From assembly GCA_025454515.1 (NCBI GenBank), contig JALOOH010000001.1:1-50389 (forward strand): 50,389 bases of DNA, given 5' to 3'. The notes beneath the pieces are model-generated. The model had not been told where the DNA came from, did not search any database, and saw only the letters and a program-made list of their open reading frames with translations. Source of the stretch: Chloroflexota bacterium. GTDB lineage: Bacteria; Chloroflexota; Limnocylindria; Limnocylindrales; CSP1-4. Positions 34,167 to 43,489 of this stretch are shown in pieces; within the stretch, counting starts at the first letter, position 1, and each line of letters starts with the position of its first letter. The position numbers were made by a program, and so were the translations under genes.

Positions 34167-34423
34167 CCTTCGACCGCCGCGAGCGCACGTCCGACCGCGT
34201 CGTCCCAGGCAGCGGCCGCACGTCCTCGAGCGGATCGGCCCGGAGGAACCCGTGCCGGCCGTCGCGCGTCCTGACGGGGACGGAACGACCCGACTCGAGG
34301 TCCCGAGCGGAGCCTGACGTCCTCGCCGCCGGGCCGCCCGGCGGCCCGTTCCGGGCCCTTCGGCTATCCTCCCGTCGACCCCTCGCGCGGCCGAACGGCG
34401 GCCGCCACCTCATCAGGAGCCTC

Positions 34424-35122
34424 ATGCACCCCCATCTCCGGACCGCGGCCGCGGTCGCGCTTCTCGCCGTGACCGTCGCCGCATGCGGCGGCTCGGCCTC
34501 CACCGCATCCCCCGGCGCCACCACCGCCCCGACCGCCGCGCCCACCACGGCCGCGACCGCCTCGGCAGCGCCCGACGCGTCCGCCTCGCCCGCCGCCTCG
34601 CTCGACGCGTCGGCGGCGCCCTCCGTCCCGGCGTCGCCCGCGGCGACGCCCACGCCGGATCAGCAGGCGCTCATGGAGCGGCTCCCGACGTCCGTCGGCA
34701 CGCTCCAGCTCAAGGTGAACCCCGTGGACGGCGCCGCGCTCATCGCGGCGGACCCGGAGGCGAACAAGGGCCTGGTGGACTTCCTCACGAAGATCGGCCT
34801 CGAGCCGACCGACCTCCTCATCGCGTTCACCTCGCCGGAATCCCAGACGTCGGTCGCCTTCTCGATCGGCGCGTACCGGTTCGTCGAGGCCGACCCGGCG
34901 AAGCTGAAGGCCGAGTTCGTCCAGGCCAACCTGGACAGCCAGCCCGGATCGACGGCGAAGGACGAGACGATCGGGGGCCGCGAGGTCGTGACGCTCGGCG
35001 CCCCGGCGGGCGACTCCGGCCCGCCCGTCCATCTCATCTTCGACGGCGACACGGTCTTCGTCGTCAGCTCCACCGACGCGGACTTCGCGGCTGAAGCGGT
35101 GAAGGCGCTCCCGATCCAGTGA
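34424..35122 (+). CDS. Lipoprotein of unknown function (paralog of the next gene)
   Basis: ATG follows AGGAG. The lipobox is LLAVTVAAC-GG, followed by an Ala/Pro/Thr/Ser linker and a ~150-aa globular domain. Confidence 0.75.
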   Translation: MHPHLRTAAAVALLAVTVAACGGSASTASPGATTAPTAAPTTAATASAAPDASASPAASLDASAAPSVPASPAATPTPDQQALMERLPTSVGTLQLKVNPVDGAALIAADPEANKGLVDFLTKIGLEPTDLLIAFTSPESQTSVAFSIGAYRFVEADPAKLKAEFVQANLDSQPGSTAKDETIGGREVVTLGAPAGDSGPPVHLIFDGDTVFVVSSTDADFAAEAVKALPIQ

Positions 35123-35781
35123 CCGGTCCCATGCGCCGCGCCGGGCTCCTCCCGGCCCTCCTCGCCGCCGTGGCCGTCCTCGTGGCCGCCTGCGGCACAT
35201 CCGCGAGCCCCGCCCCCACCCAGGCGCCCCCCGCCACCCCGGCGGCGTCCGCCACGACCGCCCCGGCCGCGTCGCCGGCGCCGTCCGATGCGGGCTCGCC
35301 GCTCCCGTCGTTCACGCGCGTCGCCGACCTCGAGGCGATGCTCCCCGAGAAGATCGGCGACGTGAAGCTCGCACCGCGCAGCCTGACGGGGACGGACGTC
35401 CTCGCGACGGGCGACCCGACGTCGATCGCGGCGCTCCAGGCGATGCTCGACGCGACCGGGGCGACCGCGGCCGAGTACCAGTTCGCCTACTCGCCGTTCA
35501 AGACGTCGGCCGGGACCGACGCGGCGATCGGCGTCTTCCGCGTGGCGGGGGCCTCGCCCGACAAGCTCCGCGACATCCTCATCGAGCAGGGCAGGACGAA
35601 CAACCCGGGCATCGGCGCCCCCGAGGACACGACGATCGCCGGCCGGAAGGTGACCACCCTCACGATCGACGACGGCGCCGGCACCACGTGGCTCTGGTAC
35701 TACTGGACGAAGGGCGACGTCCTGTTCTACCTCCAGACGGCCGACGCGTCCGTCGCCGAGGAGATCATCGCCGCGCTCTGA
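35119..35781 (+). CDS. Lipoprotein of unknown function (paralog of the previous gene)
   Basis: The GTG overlaps the previous stop (GTGA); an alternative ATG is at 35131. The lipobox is AVLVAAC-GT. The linker-plus-domain layout matches the previous gene. Confidence 0.75.
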   Translation: MTGPMRRAGLLPALLAAVAVLVAACGTSASPAPTQAPPATPAASATTAPAASPAPSDAGSPLPSFTRVADLEAMLPEKIGDVKLAPRSLTGTDVLATGDPTSIAALQAMLDATGATAAEYQFAYSPFKTSAGTDAAIGVFRVAGASPDKLRDILIEQGRTNNPGIGAPEDTTIAGRKVTTLTIDDGAGTTWLWYYWTKGDVLFYLQTADASVAEEIIAAL

Positions 35782-35916
35782 GCCCGGTCCGGACGGTCCT
35801 GCCGTCCCGTCCGGTCGGCCCCCGCCCCGCGGGCCGGGGGCACTTCCGGCGCCCCCGCGCCGCTGCTACGATCGCGCGGCCTCGCACGACCTCGCGCGGC
35901 ACCATGCGGAGGGCGC

Positions 35917-36879
35917 ATGCCGGTCGGGCTCCTGGAACGACTCGCCGCGGGTCCCGTCCTCGGGGACGGCGGGTACCTGCTGGAGCTGGAGCGCCGCGGG
36001 TGGGTCCGCGCGGGCACGTTCACGCCGGAGGTCTCGGTCGTCCACCCCGAGGCTCTCCTCGAGCTGCACCGCGAGTTCCTGCACGCGGGAGCCGAGGTGC
36101 TGCAGGCGCTGACGTTCTACGCCGGCGAGGACCGGCTCGCCGCCGCGGGCCTCGCCGCCGAGGTGGACGAGATCAACCGGGAGGCCGTGCGGATCGCCCG
36201 CCAGGTCGCCCGCGAGGGAGACGCGCTCGTCGCCGGCACGCTGAGCCCCACGGGCGCCTTCGAGCCGGACGACCGGCGCTCCGCCGATCACGTCCGCGCC
36301 GCGTTCGACCGCCAGCTCGACGACATGGTGGCGGTCGGGGTGGACTTCGTCATCGGCGAGACGTTCGCGTGGCTGGGCGAGGCACGGATCTGCGTCGAGC
36401 GGGCGCGGGCGACGGGGCTGCCCGTCGTCGTCACGATGGCGTTCGAGGAGGAGCCCGTCGCCCGCGAGGGCGAGGGGGCGGGGGAGTGCGCGCGCGTCCT
36501 CGTGGACCACGGGGCAGACGTCGTCGGCGTGAACTGCCTCCGCGGCCCGGTGAAGCTCCTGCCGATCGCGGCGCAGATGCGCGAGGCGGTCCCCGCGCCG
36601 ATCGCGTGCCAGCCCGTGGCGTACCAGACGCCGCCCGGGCGGCCGGATTTCACGTCCCTTCCGGAGTTCCCCTTCTCGCTCGACCCGCTCCAGCTGCCCC
36701 GCGCGGCGATGGCGGAGTTCGCGGTCAAGGCCCGGGAGCTCGGGATCGGGTACATCGGGTCGTGCTGCGGATCCGTCGCCGTCCACGTCCGCGCGATGGC
36801 GCAGGCGCTCGGCAAGGCCCCGCCGGACGACCGCGGCCAGGTCGCGCGCGGCGTCCACGGGGGCGATCCGGGCCGCTGA
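35917..36879 (+). CDS. Homocysteine S-methyltransferase family enzyme (BHMT/MmuM-like)
   Basis: Hcy-binding domain motifs: VLGDGGYLLELERRG, DVVGVNC and IGSCCGS, the last two carrying the Zn-binding cysteines. Confidence 0.8.
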   Translation: MPVGLLERLAAGPVLGDGGYLLELERRGWVRAGTFTPEVSVVHPEALLELHREFLHAGAEVLQALTFYAGEDRLAAAGLAAEVDEINREAVRIARQVAREGDALVAGTLSPTGAFEPDDRRSADHVRAAFDRQLDDMVAVGVDFVIGETFAWLGEARICVERARATGLPVVVTMAFEEEPVAREGEGAGECARVLVDHGADVVGVNCLRGPVKLLPIAAQMREAVPAPIACQPVAYQTPPGRPDFTSLPEFPFSLDPLQLPRAAMAEFAVKARELGIGYIGSCCGSVAVHVRAMAQALGKAPPDDRGQVARGVHGGDPGR

Positions 36880-37043
36880 CCCGCGCCGCGCCCCGCACGC
36901 GCCCGCGCCGGACCGAGGCGCGCCGCGCCCCGCACGCGCCGCCCTCGGCGCGTACACTCGGGGCGTCCCCACAGGAGGAGCGGGGACATCGGCCTCCGTG
37001 GCGAGCCTGCGTCCCGGCGCGTCGCGGCCGGAGAGGAGCCACC

Positions 37044-38990
37044 ATGCGATCGACCGCCGGATCCCGTCTCGCGCGTCTCGCGGCTCTCGCGCTCGCGGTG
37101 AGCGCACTTCTCGTCGCCGGACCGCCGGCGCCCACGCGCGCGGCGGACCCTCTCGTGCTCCGGGTGGGCACGAGCCAGGACCTCGAGGCGCTGAACCCGT
37201 TCAACGCCTACCAGTACATCGGCTACGAGATCTTCTTCCTCAACTACGACCTGCTCGTCGGCTTCGGCAACGACCTCAAGCCGATCCCGGGGTTCGCCGA
37301 GTCGTGGTCGCAGTCGCCCGACGGCAAGACGTGGACGTTCAAGATCCGCCCGGGGATGAAGTGGTCGGACGGGACGCCCGCCACCGCCGAGGACGCCGCC
37401 TGGACGTTCCAGATGATCATCGACGCGATCAAGGACGGGAACAGCGTCGGGTACGGCTACCTCGACCCGGACGTGAAGAACGCGGCGATGGTCTCCGCGA
37501 CCGCGGCCGACCCGGAGACGCTCGTCATCGAGCTGGCGCGCCCGAACGACCGGCCGCTCACCACGACGATCCCGATCCTGCCGAAGCACATCTGGGGCGA
37601 CAAGACACTCGACCAGATCAACGAGTTCGCCAACGACGCGCCCGTCGTCGGGACCGGGCCGTACCAGGTCGTCGAGTGGAAGACCGGGCAGTACGCGCGC
37701 CTCGCGCGGAACCCCAACTACTGGGGGAACCGGGGCGCCGCCGACGAGGTGATCTTCCAGTTCTTCCCCGACTCCGCGGACACGATGGTCCAGGCGTTCA
37801 AGGCCGGCGAGCTCGACTACATCCGCAACCCCAGCGCCCTCCAGTTCAACGAGCTGAAGAAGGAGCCGGGCACCGCGACGATCAGCGCCACCTCGAACGG
37901 GTGGACGCAGCTCGGGTTCAACACGTACCAGGAGGAGATCCCGGGCGGAGGCGCCTCCACGACCGCTCTGCGCGACCCGGCCTTCCGCGACGCGCTCGGG
38001 TACGCGATCGACAAGCAGGCCCTCGTGGACAAGGTGCTCCAGGGGTACGGCATCGTCGGGACCACCCAGGTGCCCCCGTGGGAGCGGCGCTTCCACACCG
38101 ATCCCGCGGACCCGCGGACCTTCGACATCGAGCTCGCGAAGCAGAAGCTCGACGCTGCGGGGTACGTGCTCGATGGGTCGGGCAACCGGCTCGACAAGGA
38201 CGGCAAGCCGATCAACCTCCGCCTGTACTTCCCGAACTCGAGCGATGACTACCCCAAGCTCGCGGCGTTCGTCACGGACTGGTTCAGCCAGCTCGGGATC
38301 CCCGTGAAGAGCCAGTCGTTCGACTCGGGCGCCCTCACGGACATCCTCCTCCCGCCGGAGGCGGGCGACCAGTACAAGGCCGACTACGACATGTTCATCT
38401 GGGGCTGGGGCGGCTCCCCCGACCCCAACGCGCTCCTCGAGATCTTCACGACCGGCGCGATCGGGTCCACGAGCGACAGCCAGTTCTCCGATCCCGACTA
38501 CGACGCGGCGTTCGTCACGCAGAACGAGGCCCCCACGACCGCTGACCGCAAGGGGTACATCGACGAGTTGCAGCGGATCTTCTACGACAAGGCGCCGTAC
38601 CACATCTTCTACTACGACAACGAGCTCCACGCCTACCACACCGACACGTTCGCGAACTGGCAGACGCAGCCGACGGAGGACGGGACCCCGTTCTTCGTGA
38701 ACGGGTCGCTCAACTACACGCTCCTGACCGACGCGAAGGCGACACCGTCGCCGACCCCCGTCGTCACCGAGGCACCGAGCGCCTCCGCGGGCGGCTCTGC
38801 GGCCCCCACCGCGGCGCCGACGCAGGCCCCGAGCCCCAGCCCGGCACCGGGCGGCCAGCCGGGGGACAGCACCGGGACGTTCCTGCTCATCGGCGGGGTC
38901 GCCGTGCTGATCGTGCTCGTCACGGTGGGCATCCTCGCCTGGCGGACACGCGGCCGCCGGGGCGGCCCGGGATCGGGCGAGGAGGAGTAG
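37044..38990 (+). CDS. ABC transporter substrate-binding protein, family 5 (peptide/nickel type), with a C-terminal linker + TM helix + basic tail
   Basis: ATG follows GAGAGGAG. The signal peptide ends at ..PTRA-AD. SBP_bac_5-like motifs are present (LNPF, GFAESW, KWSDGTPATAEDAAWTF, NPNYWG). The C-terminus is a Pro/Ser/Thr/Ala-rich linker followed by TFLLIGGVAVLIVLVTVGILAW-RTRGRR. Confidence 0.88.
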   Translation: MRSTAGSRLARLAALALAVSALLVAGPPAPTRAADPLVLRVGTSQDLEALNPFNAYQYIGYEIFFLNYDLLVGFGNDLKPIPGFAESWSQSPDGKTWTFKIRPGMKWSDGTPATAEDAAWTFQMIIDAIKDGNSVGYGYLDPDVKNAAMVSATAADPETLVIELARPNDRPLTTTIPILPKHIWGDKTLDQINEFANDAPVVGTGPYQVVEWKTGQYARLARNPNYWGNRGAADEVIFQFFPDSADTMVQAFKAGELDYIRNPSALQFNELKKEPGTATISATSNGWTQLGFNTYQEEIPGGGASTTALRDPAFRDALGYAIDKQALVDKVLQGYGIVGTTQVPPWERRFHTDPADPRTFDIELAKQKLDAAGYVLDGSGNRLDKDGKPINLRLYFPNSSDDYPKLAAFVTDWFSQLGIPVKSQSFDSGALTDILLPPEAGDQYKADYDMFIWGWGGSPDPNALLEIFTTGAIGSTSDSQFSDPDYDAAFVTQNEAPTTADRKGYIDELQRIFYDKAPYHIFYYDNELHAYHTDTFANWQTQPTEDGTPFFVNGSLNYTLLTDAKATPSPTPVVTEAPSASAGGSAAPTAAPTQAPSPSPAPGGQPGDSTGTFLLIGGVAVLIVLVTVGILAWRTRGRRGGPGSGEEE

Positions 38991-39078
38991 CCCGGACCGC
39001 CGGCCGACGTCGCCGGACACCACTGCGTGAGCGCAGGACGGATGGATCGGCTACCCATCGCGCGCCGCGAGGCGCGCG

Positions 39079-40047
39079 GTGGGTAGCCGCTATCTCGCGC
39101 GGAAGATCGTCCAGGCGATCCTGACGATCGTCTTCATCGTCCTGCTCAACTTCGTCCTCTTCCGGATGATGCCCGGGTCGCCGGACCGGGTCCTCGCGCG
39201 CAACCTCCCGGACGCCGCCCGGGCGGAGCTGCGCGAACGCTGGGGGCTGGACCAGCCGCTGATCCCCGACCAGCTCGTCGCATACATCGGGGCGATCGCC
39301 CGGGGCGACCTCGGCTCCTCGTACAAGTTCAGCAACACGCCGGTGACGGAGGTGATCGGCGACCGGATCTGGCCGACCCTCATCCTGTTCGGCCTCGGCG
39401 AGCTCATCGCGATCGTCGTGGGCCTGGGCCTCGGCGCCTACTCCGGGTGGAGGAGAGGAGGGCCGGTCGACTACGTCGGCAACGGCTTCTCGCTGATCCT
39501 CTACTCGATGCCGTACTTCGTCATCGGCATGATCCTCCTCATCGTCTTCGCGACCACCCTGGGGTGGTTCCCGACGAGCGGGATGTTCTCCCTTGGCCAT
39601 CGGTTCGACAGTCCCGTCGAGCAGATCGCCGACTTCGCGTGGCACCTCTTCCTGCCCCTGATGACCGTGGCGATCGGGCTCATCGGGCAGTACTCGATCC
39701 TCATGCGCTCGTCGATCATCGACACCCTGACCGAGGACTACGTGACGACCGCGAAGGCCAAGGGCCTGACCGACGGCCGGGTCCTCCGCTCGCACGCCCT
39801 GCCGAACGCCCGCCTGCCCGCCGTCACGCTCATCGCGATCAACCTGGGCTACGTCATCGCCGGCGCGATCACCGTGGAGGTCGTCTTCGGCTGGCCGGGG
39901 ATCGGGACGCTCACCGTCACCGCGCTCAACGCGCGCGACTACCCCGTCCTGCAGGGGATCTTCCTGCTCCTCTCGATCTCGGTCGTCATCGCCAACCTCG
40001 CCGCCGACCTCATCTACGGGTACCTGGACCCGCGGGTGCGGACGTGA
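39079..40047 (+). CDS. ABC transporter permease (DppB/OppB-like)
   Basis: The N-terminus YLARKIVQAILTIVFIVLLNFVLFRMMPG is typical. The EAA-like region is YVTTAKAKGLTDGRVLRSHALPNA. Confidence 0.9.
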   Translation: MGSRYLARKIVQAILTIVFIVLLNFVLFRMMPGSPDRVLARNLPDAARAELRERWGLDQPLIPDQLVAYIGAIARGDLGSSYKFSNTPVTEVIGDRIWPTLILFGLGELIAIVVGLGLGAYSGWRRGGPVDYVGNGFSLILYSMPYFVIGMILLIVFATTLGWFPTSGMFSLGHRFDSPVEQIADFAWHLFLPLMTVAIGLIGQYSILMRSSIIDTLTEDYVTTAKAKGLTDGRVLRSHALPNARLPAVTLIAINLGYVIAGAITVEVVFGWPGIGTLTVTALNARDYPVLQGIFLLLSISVVIANLAADLIYGYLDPRVRT

Positions 40048-40994
40048 CGTCGACGCCGCTCTCCGATCGCGAGCTTCGGGCGGAGCGCTGGCGCCTGCGG
40101 ATCCGCGGATGGTCGGACTTCGCGGGCCGGTTCGGCCGCCGACGCGACGGGGTCATTGGCGTCGGCGTGCTCGTGCTCTTCACGATGCTGGCGCTCTTCC
40201 CGAACCTCATCGTGGGGCCGCTGCAGACGGCGACGACGGCCCCCGGCCAGCCCCTCCAGCCGCCGAGCCTGGAGTTCCCGCTCGGGACGGACGACCTGGG
40301 CCGCAGCATGCTCAACCTGACGGTCCACGGCGCGCGGATCTCGATGGTCATCGGCCTGCTCGCGACGGTCGTGACGGTCCTGCTCGGCGCCGTCATCGGG
40401 ATCGTCTCCGGCTACCTCGGCGGCCGGACCGACACCTTCCTCATGCGCATCACGGACTTCTTCCTGGTCCTCCCGACCTTCGTCCTCGCCCTCATCCTCG
40501 CGCCGATCATCCTGGAGCTCGTCGGATCGGACGCCGAGATCATGGGGATCCCGTCCACCCTCGTCGTGATCATCGTCGTCATCGGCGTCACGAGCTGGGC
40601 GTCCACGGCCCGGATCATCCGGTCCCAGGCGCTCTCGGTGAAGGAGCGGATGTTCATCGCCCGGGCCCGCGTGATCGGCGGCGGCGGCGGCCACATCATG
40701 TGGCGACACATCATGCCCAACGTCCTCAACCTCATCGTTGCGAACACCGTGCTCGTCTTCGCCGGCGCGATCCTCACCGAGACGACCCTCTCGTTCATCG
40801 GCCTCGGCGACCCGCTCCTCCCGTCCTGGGGCGTGATCCTCAACTCGGCGCAGACATCGGGGGCGCCCGGCCTCGGGGCGTGGTGGTTCTTCGTCCCGCC
40901 GGCCACCTGCATCGTCCTCGTGGTCCTCGCGTTCACCCTCGTGGGCGGGGCGCTCGACGACGTCCTCAACCCGCGCATGCGAGCCAGGCGATGA
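40044..40994 (+). CDS. ABC transporter permease (DppC/OppC-like)
   Basis: The GTG overlaps the upstream stop (GTGA). Motifs: PLGTDDLGRSMLNL and FIARARVIGGGGGHIMWRHIMPN. Confidence 0.9.
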   Translation: MTSTPLSDRELRAERWRLRIRGWSDFAGRFGRRRDGVIGVGVLVLFTMLALFPNLIVGPLQTATTAPGQPLQPPSLEFPLGTDDLGRSMLNLTVHGARISMVIGLLATVVTVLLGAVIGIVSGYLGGRTDTFLMRITDFFLVLPTFVLALILAPIILELVGSDAEIMGIPSTLVVIIVVIGVTSWASTARIIRSQALSVKERMFIARARVIGGGGGHIMWRHIMPNVLNLIVANTVLVFAGAILTETTLSFIGLGDPLLPSWGVILNSAQTSGAPGLGAWWFFVPPATCIVLVVLAFTLVGGALDDVLNPRMRARR

Positions 40995-42325
40995 GCTCGA
41001 CCCCGATCCCGCCCGAGCCCGCGTCCGCGCCCGCGTCCGCGCCCGCGTCCGCGCCCGCGTCCGCGCCCGCGTCCGCGCCGTCCGCGACCCCCGGGCAGAT
41101 CCGCGGACGCCGCCAGTGGCCGCTCCCGAAGCAGGCCGACCCCGACGCGCCGCTCCTCGTCGTCGAGGACCTCCGCGTCCACTTCCGCCTCGAGTCCGGA
41201 TCGGTCAAGGCCGTGGACGGCGTCAGCTTCACCCTCCGCGACGGGGAGGCCCTCGGCATCGCCGGCGAGTCCGGCTGCGGCAAGACCACCACCGCGCTCT
41301 CGCTCCTCCGGCTCCTGCCCGGCAACGCGAAGGTCGTCGGCGGCAGCGTCCGGCTCTTCGGGATCGACCTGGTCCCCAAGTCGGAGAACGCGCTCCGCCG
41401 CTACCGCTGGCGCGAGATCTCGCTCGTCTTCCAGGGCGCGATGAACGCCCTCAACCCCGTCAAGCGCATCGGCGAGCAGATCGCCGAGCCCATCGTCGTC
41501 CGCCTCGGCCAGTCCCAGGCGGATGCCGACCGCCGGGCGGGCGAGCTGCTGGAGCTCGTCGGGATCCCGCGCCAGCGGGCGCGCGCCTACCCGCACGAGC
41601 TGTCCGGCGGGATGCGCCAGCGCGCGATGATCGCGATGGCTCTCGCCTGCGATCCCGCGATCGTCATCGGGGACGAGCCCACGACGGCCCTCGACGTCAT
41701 GGTCCAGGCGCAGATCCTCGAGCTCCTCGAGCGGCTGCGATCCGAGCTGGGCCTGTCGCTCATCCTCATCACCCACGACCTGTCGGTCATCGCGGAGACG
41801 TGCGACCGGGTGCTCATCATGTACGCCGGCCGCGTCGCCGAGGAGGGGCCGGTGGCGGAGGTCTTCACCAGGCCGCGCCACCCGTACACGCAGAAGCTCC
41901 TCGGGGCGTTCCCCAACATCCATGCCGACCGGCGCACGCTCGAGGTGATCCCCGGGGCCCCGCCGGACCTGCGGACCCCGCCGCCCGGCTGCCGCTTCCA
42001 CCCGCGCTGCCCGCTCGCGATGCCGGTCTGCGCCGAGGAGGTGCCGCCGGAGGCGACGTTCGCCGGCGTCCGGGTCGCGTGCCACCTGTACGGCCCGGAC
42101 TCCGACGGGACGCCCGTCCCCGTGCCGTCCCTCGCGGCCGGCGCCGATGCCCCGCCCACGCCCGACGACGGCGCGGGGACCGCGGGAGCGCCCGGGCCGT
42201 CCTTCGCCGACGTCGTCGCCGCGGAGCTGGCGGCCACGACCCCCGCGCACATCCCGTCGTTGGACCACTCGATCTCGCCGGTCCGGCCGCCGGGCGAGGA
42301 CCGCTCGCCGGGAGAGGACGCGTGA
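40991..42325 (+). CDS. ABC transporter ATP-binding protein (DppD/OppD-like) with low-complexity N- and C-terminal extensions
   Basis: The ATG overlaps the upstream stop (ATGA). Walker A is GESGCGKTT, the signature is LSGGMRQR, Walker B is [12 protein letters not shown], and the oligopeptide C-terminal motif is [10 protein letters not shown]. Confidence 0.92.
   Translation: MSSTPIPPEPASAPASAPASAPASAPASAPSATPGQIRGRRQWPLPKQADPDAPLLVVEDLRVHFRLESGSVKAVDGVSFTLRDGEALGIAGESGCGKTTTALSLLRLLPGNAKVVGGSVRLFGIDLVPKSENALRRYRWREISLVFQGAMNALNPVKRIGEQIAEPIVVRLGQSQADADRRAGELLELVGIPRQRARAYPHELSGGMRQRAMIAMALACDPAIVIGDEPTTALDVMVQAQILELLERLRSELGLSLILITHDLSVIAETCDRVLIMYAGRVAEEGPVAEVFTRPRHPYTQKLLGAFPNIHADRRTLEVIPGAPPDLRTPPPGCRFHPRCPLAMPVCAEEVPPEATFAGVRVACHLYGPDSDGTPVPVPSLAAGADAPPTPDDGAGTAGAPGPSFADVVAAELAATTPAHIPSLDHSISPVRPPGEDRSPGEDA
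41021..41080 (+). repeat. 12-bp in-frame tandem repeat x5 (encodes ASAP x5)
   Basis: GCGTCCGCGCCC occurs four times, then once as GCGTCCGCGCCG, inside the N-terminus of the first ATPase. Confidence 0.95.
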
Positions 42326-43455
42326 GCGACGACCGCGACCTCCTCCGCATCGAGGGCCTGAAGGTCCACTTCCCGATCCGCGGCAGCCTGACCGACGCGC
42401 TCCTGCGGCGGCCGCGCGGCTTCGTGCGTGCCGTGGACGGGATCGACCTCTCGATCCGGCCCGGCGAGGTGCTCGCGCTCGTCGGCGAGTCGGGGTCCGG
42501 CAAGACGACGACCGGCCGAGTCATCGTGAAGCTCACCCGCCAGACCGCCGGCCGCGTCGTCTTCGACGGACAGGACGTCTCCGGCCTGTGGGGTGTGCGC
42601 CAGCTCCGGGCGTATCGGCGGCGGGTCCAGATCATCTTCCAGGATCCGTACGAGACGCTGAACCCCAAGCAGACGATCCACGACTTCGTCGCCGAGCCGC
42701 TCCAGGTCAACCGCCTCGCCCGGTCTGCGCGGGAGCGGGAGGAGCGCGTCATGGGCGCGCTCGAGGCGGCGGGCCTCCGGCCGGCGAGCGACTTCGCGTT
42801 CCGCTACCCGCACGAGCTCTCGGGCGGTCAGCGGCAGCGTGTCGTGATCGCGGGGGCCCTCGTCATGGGCCCCGAGCTCGTCGTCGCGGACGAGCCCGTC
42901 TCCATGCTCGACGTCTCGATCCGCACGGAGCTCCTGCGCCTCATGCTGGACCTGCGCCGACAGCGCGGGCTCACGTACCTCTTCATCACCCACGACCTGT
43001 CGGTGGCCTGGGTGATCGCCGACCGGATCGCGGTCATGTACCTCGGCCGGATCATGGAGGTCGGGACGGCCGAGACCGTGATCCGGGCGCCCGCGAACCC
43101 GTACACCCGTGCGCTCGTGAGCGTCTCGCCGAGCCCTGCGCCGGCGACGAGCGGGACGCGCGCGGTCCGGACGATCCTGTCGGGCGAGACGCCCGACGCG
43201 GCGGACGTCCCGGACGGCTGCCGGTTCCACCCGCGCTGCCCGCTCGCGTTCGACCGCTGCCGGCGCGAGGAGCCGCCGCTCTTCGACCTGGGCGACGGAC
43301 ACGCGTCCGCGTGCTGGCTCGTCGAAGGGGGTGGCAGCCTGCCCGCGCAGGCGGCGATGCCCGCGCAGGCGGCGATGCCCGCGCAGGCGGCCCGCACGGA
43401 CCCCGAGCCGGGCCCCGCCGCATCCGCCGGGGCCGCGCCGGAGGCGGCCGCATGA
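42322..43455 (+). CDS. ABC transporter ATP-binding protein (DppF/OppF-like)
   Basis: The GTG overlaps the upstream stop (GTGA). Walker A is GESGSGKTT, the signature is LSGGQRQR, Walker B is [12 protein letters not shown], and [10 protein letters not shown] is present. Confidence 0.92.
   Translation: MSDDRDLLRIEGLKVHFPIRGSLTDALLRRPRGFVRAVDGIDLSIRPGEVLALVGESGSGKTTTGRVIVKLTRQTAGRVVFDGQDVSGLWGVRQLRAYRRRVQIIFQDPYETLNPKQTIHDFVAEPLQVNRLARSAREREERVMGALEAAGLRPASDFAFRYPHELSGGQRQRVVIAGALVMGPELVVADEPVSMLDVSIRTELLRLMLDLRRQRGLTYLFITHDLSVAWVIADRIAVMYLGRIMEVGTAETVIRAPANPYTRALVSVSPSPAPATSGTRAVRTILSGETPDAADVPDGCRFHPRCPLAFDRCRREEPPLFDLGDGHASACWLVEGGGSLPAQAAMPAQAAMPAQAARTDPEPGPAASAGAAPEAAA
43341..43392 (+). repeat. 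18-bp in-frame tandem repeat, ~2.9 copies (encodes PAQAAM repeats)
   Basis: GCCCGCGCAGGCGGCGAT occurs at 43341-43358 and 43359-43376. A partial third copy runs to 43392, in the C-terminal tail of the second ATPase. Confidence 0.95.
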
Positions 43456-43489
43456 GCGGCGGCGGCGCGCGCGCGTCCGCGCGCCGGGA

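Noticed and set aside
36882-36940. 22-bp direct repeat CGCGCCGCGCCCCGCACGCGCC at 36882 and 36919
   Set aside because: It is real at the sequence level, but it lies in an imperfect terminator-like GC-rich region just after the methyltransferase stop. Such low-complexity (CGC)n-type similarity is expected at this base composition.
35688-37043. N-terminal 452 aa of the 1100-aa track ORF 35688..38990
   Set aside because: This part overlaps the lipoprotein and homocysteine methyltransferase genes out of frame. The real SBP starts at ATG 37044, which has an RBS and a signal peptide.
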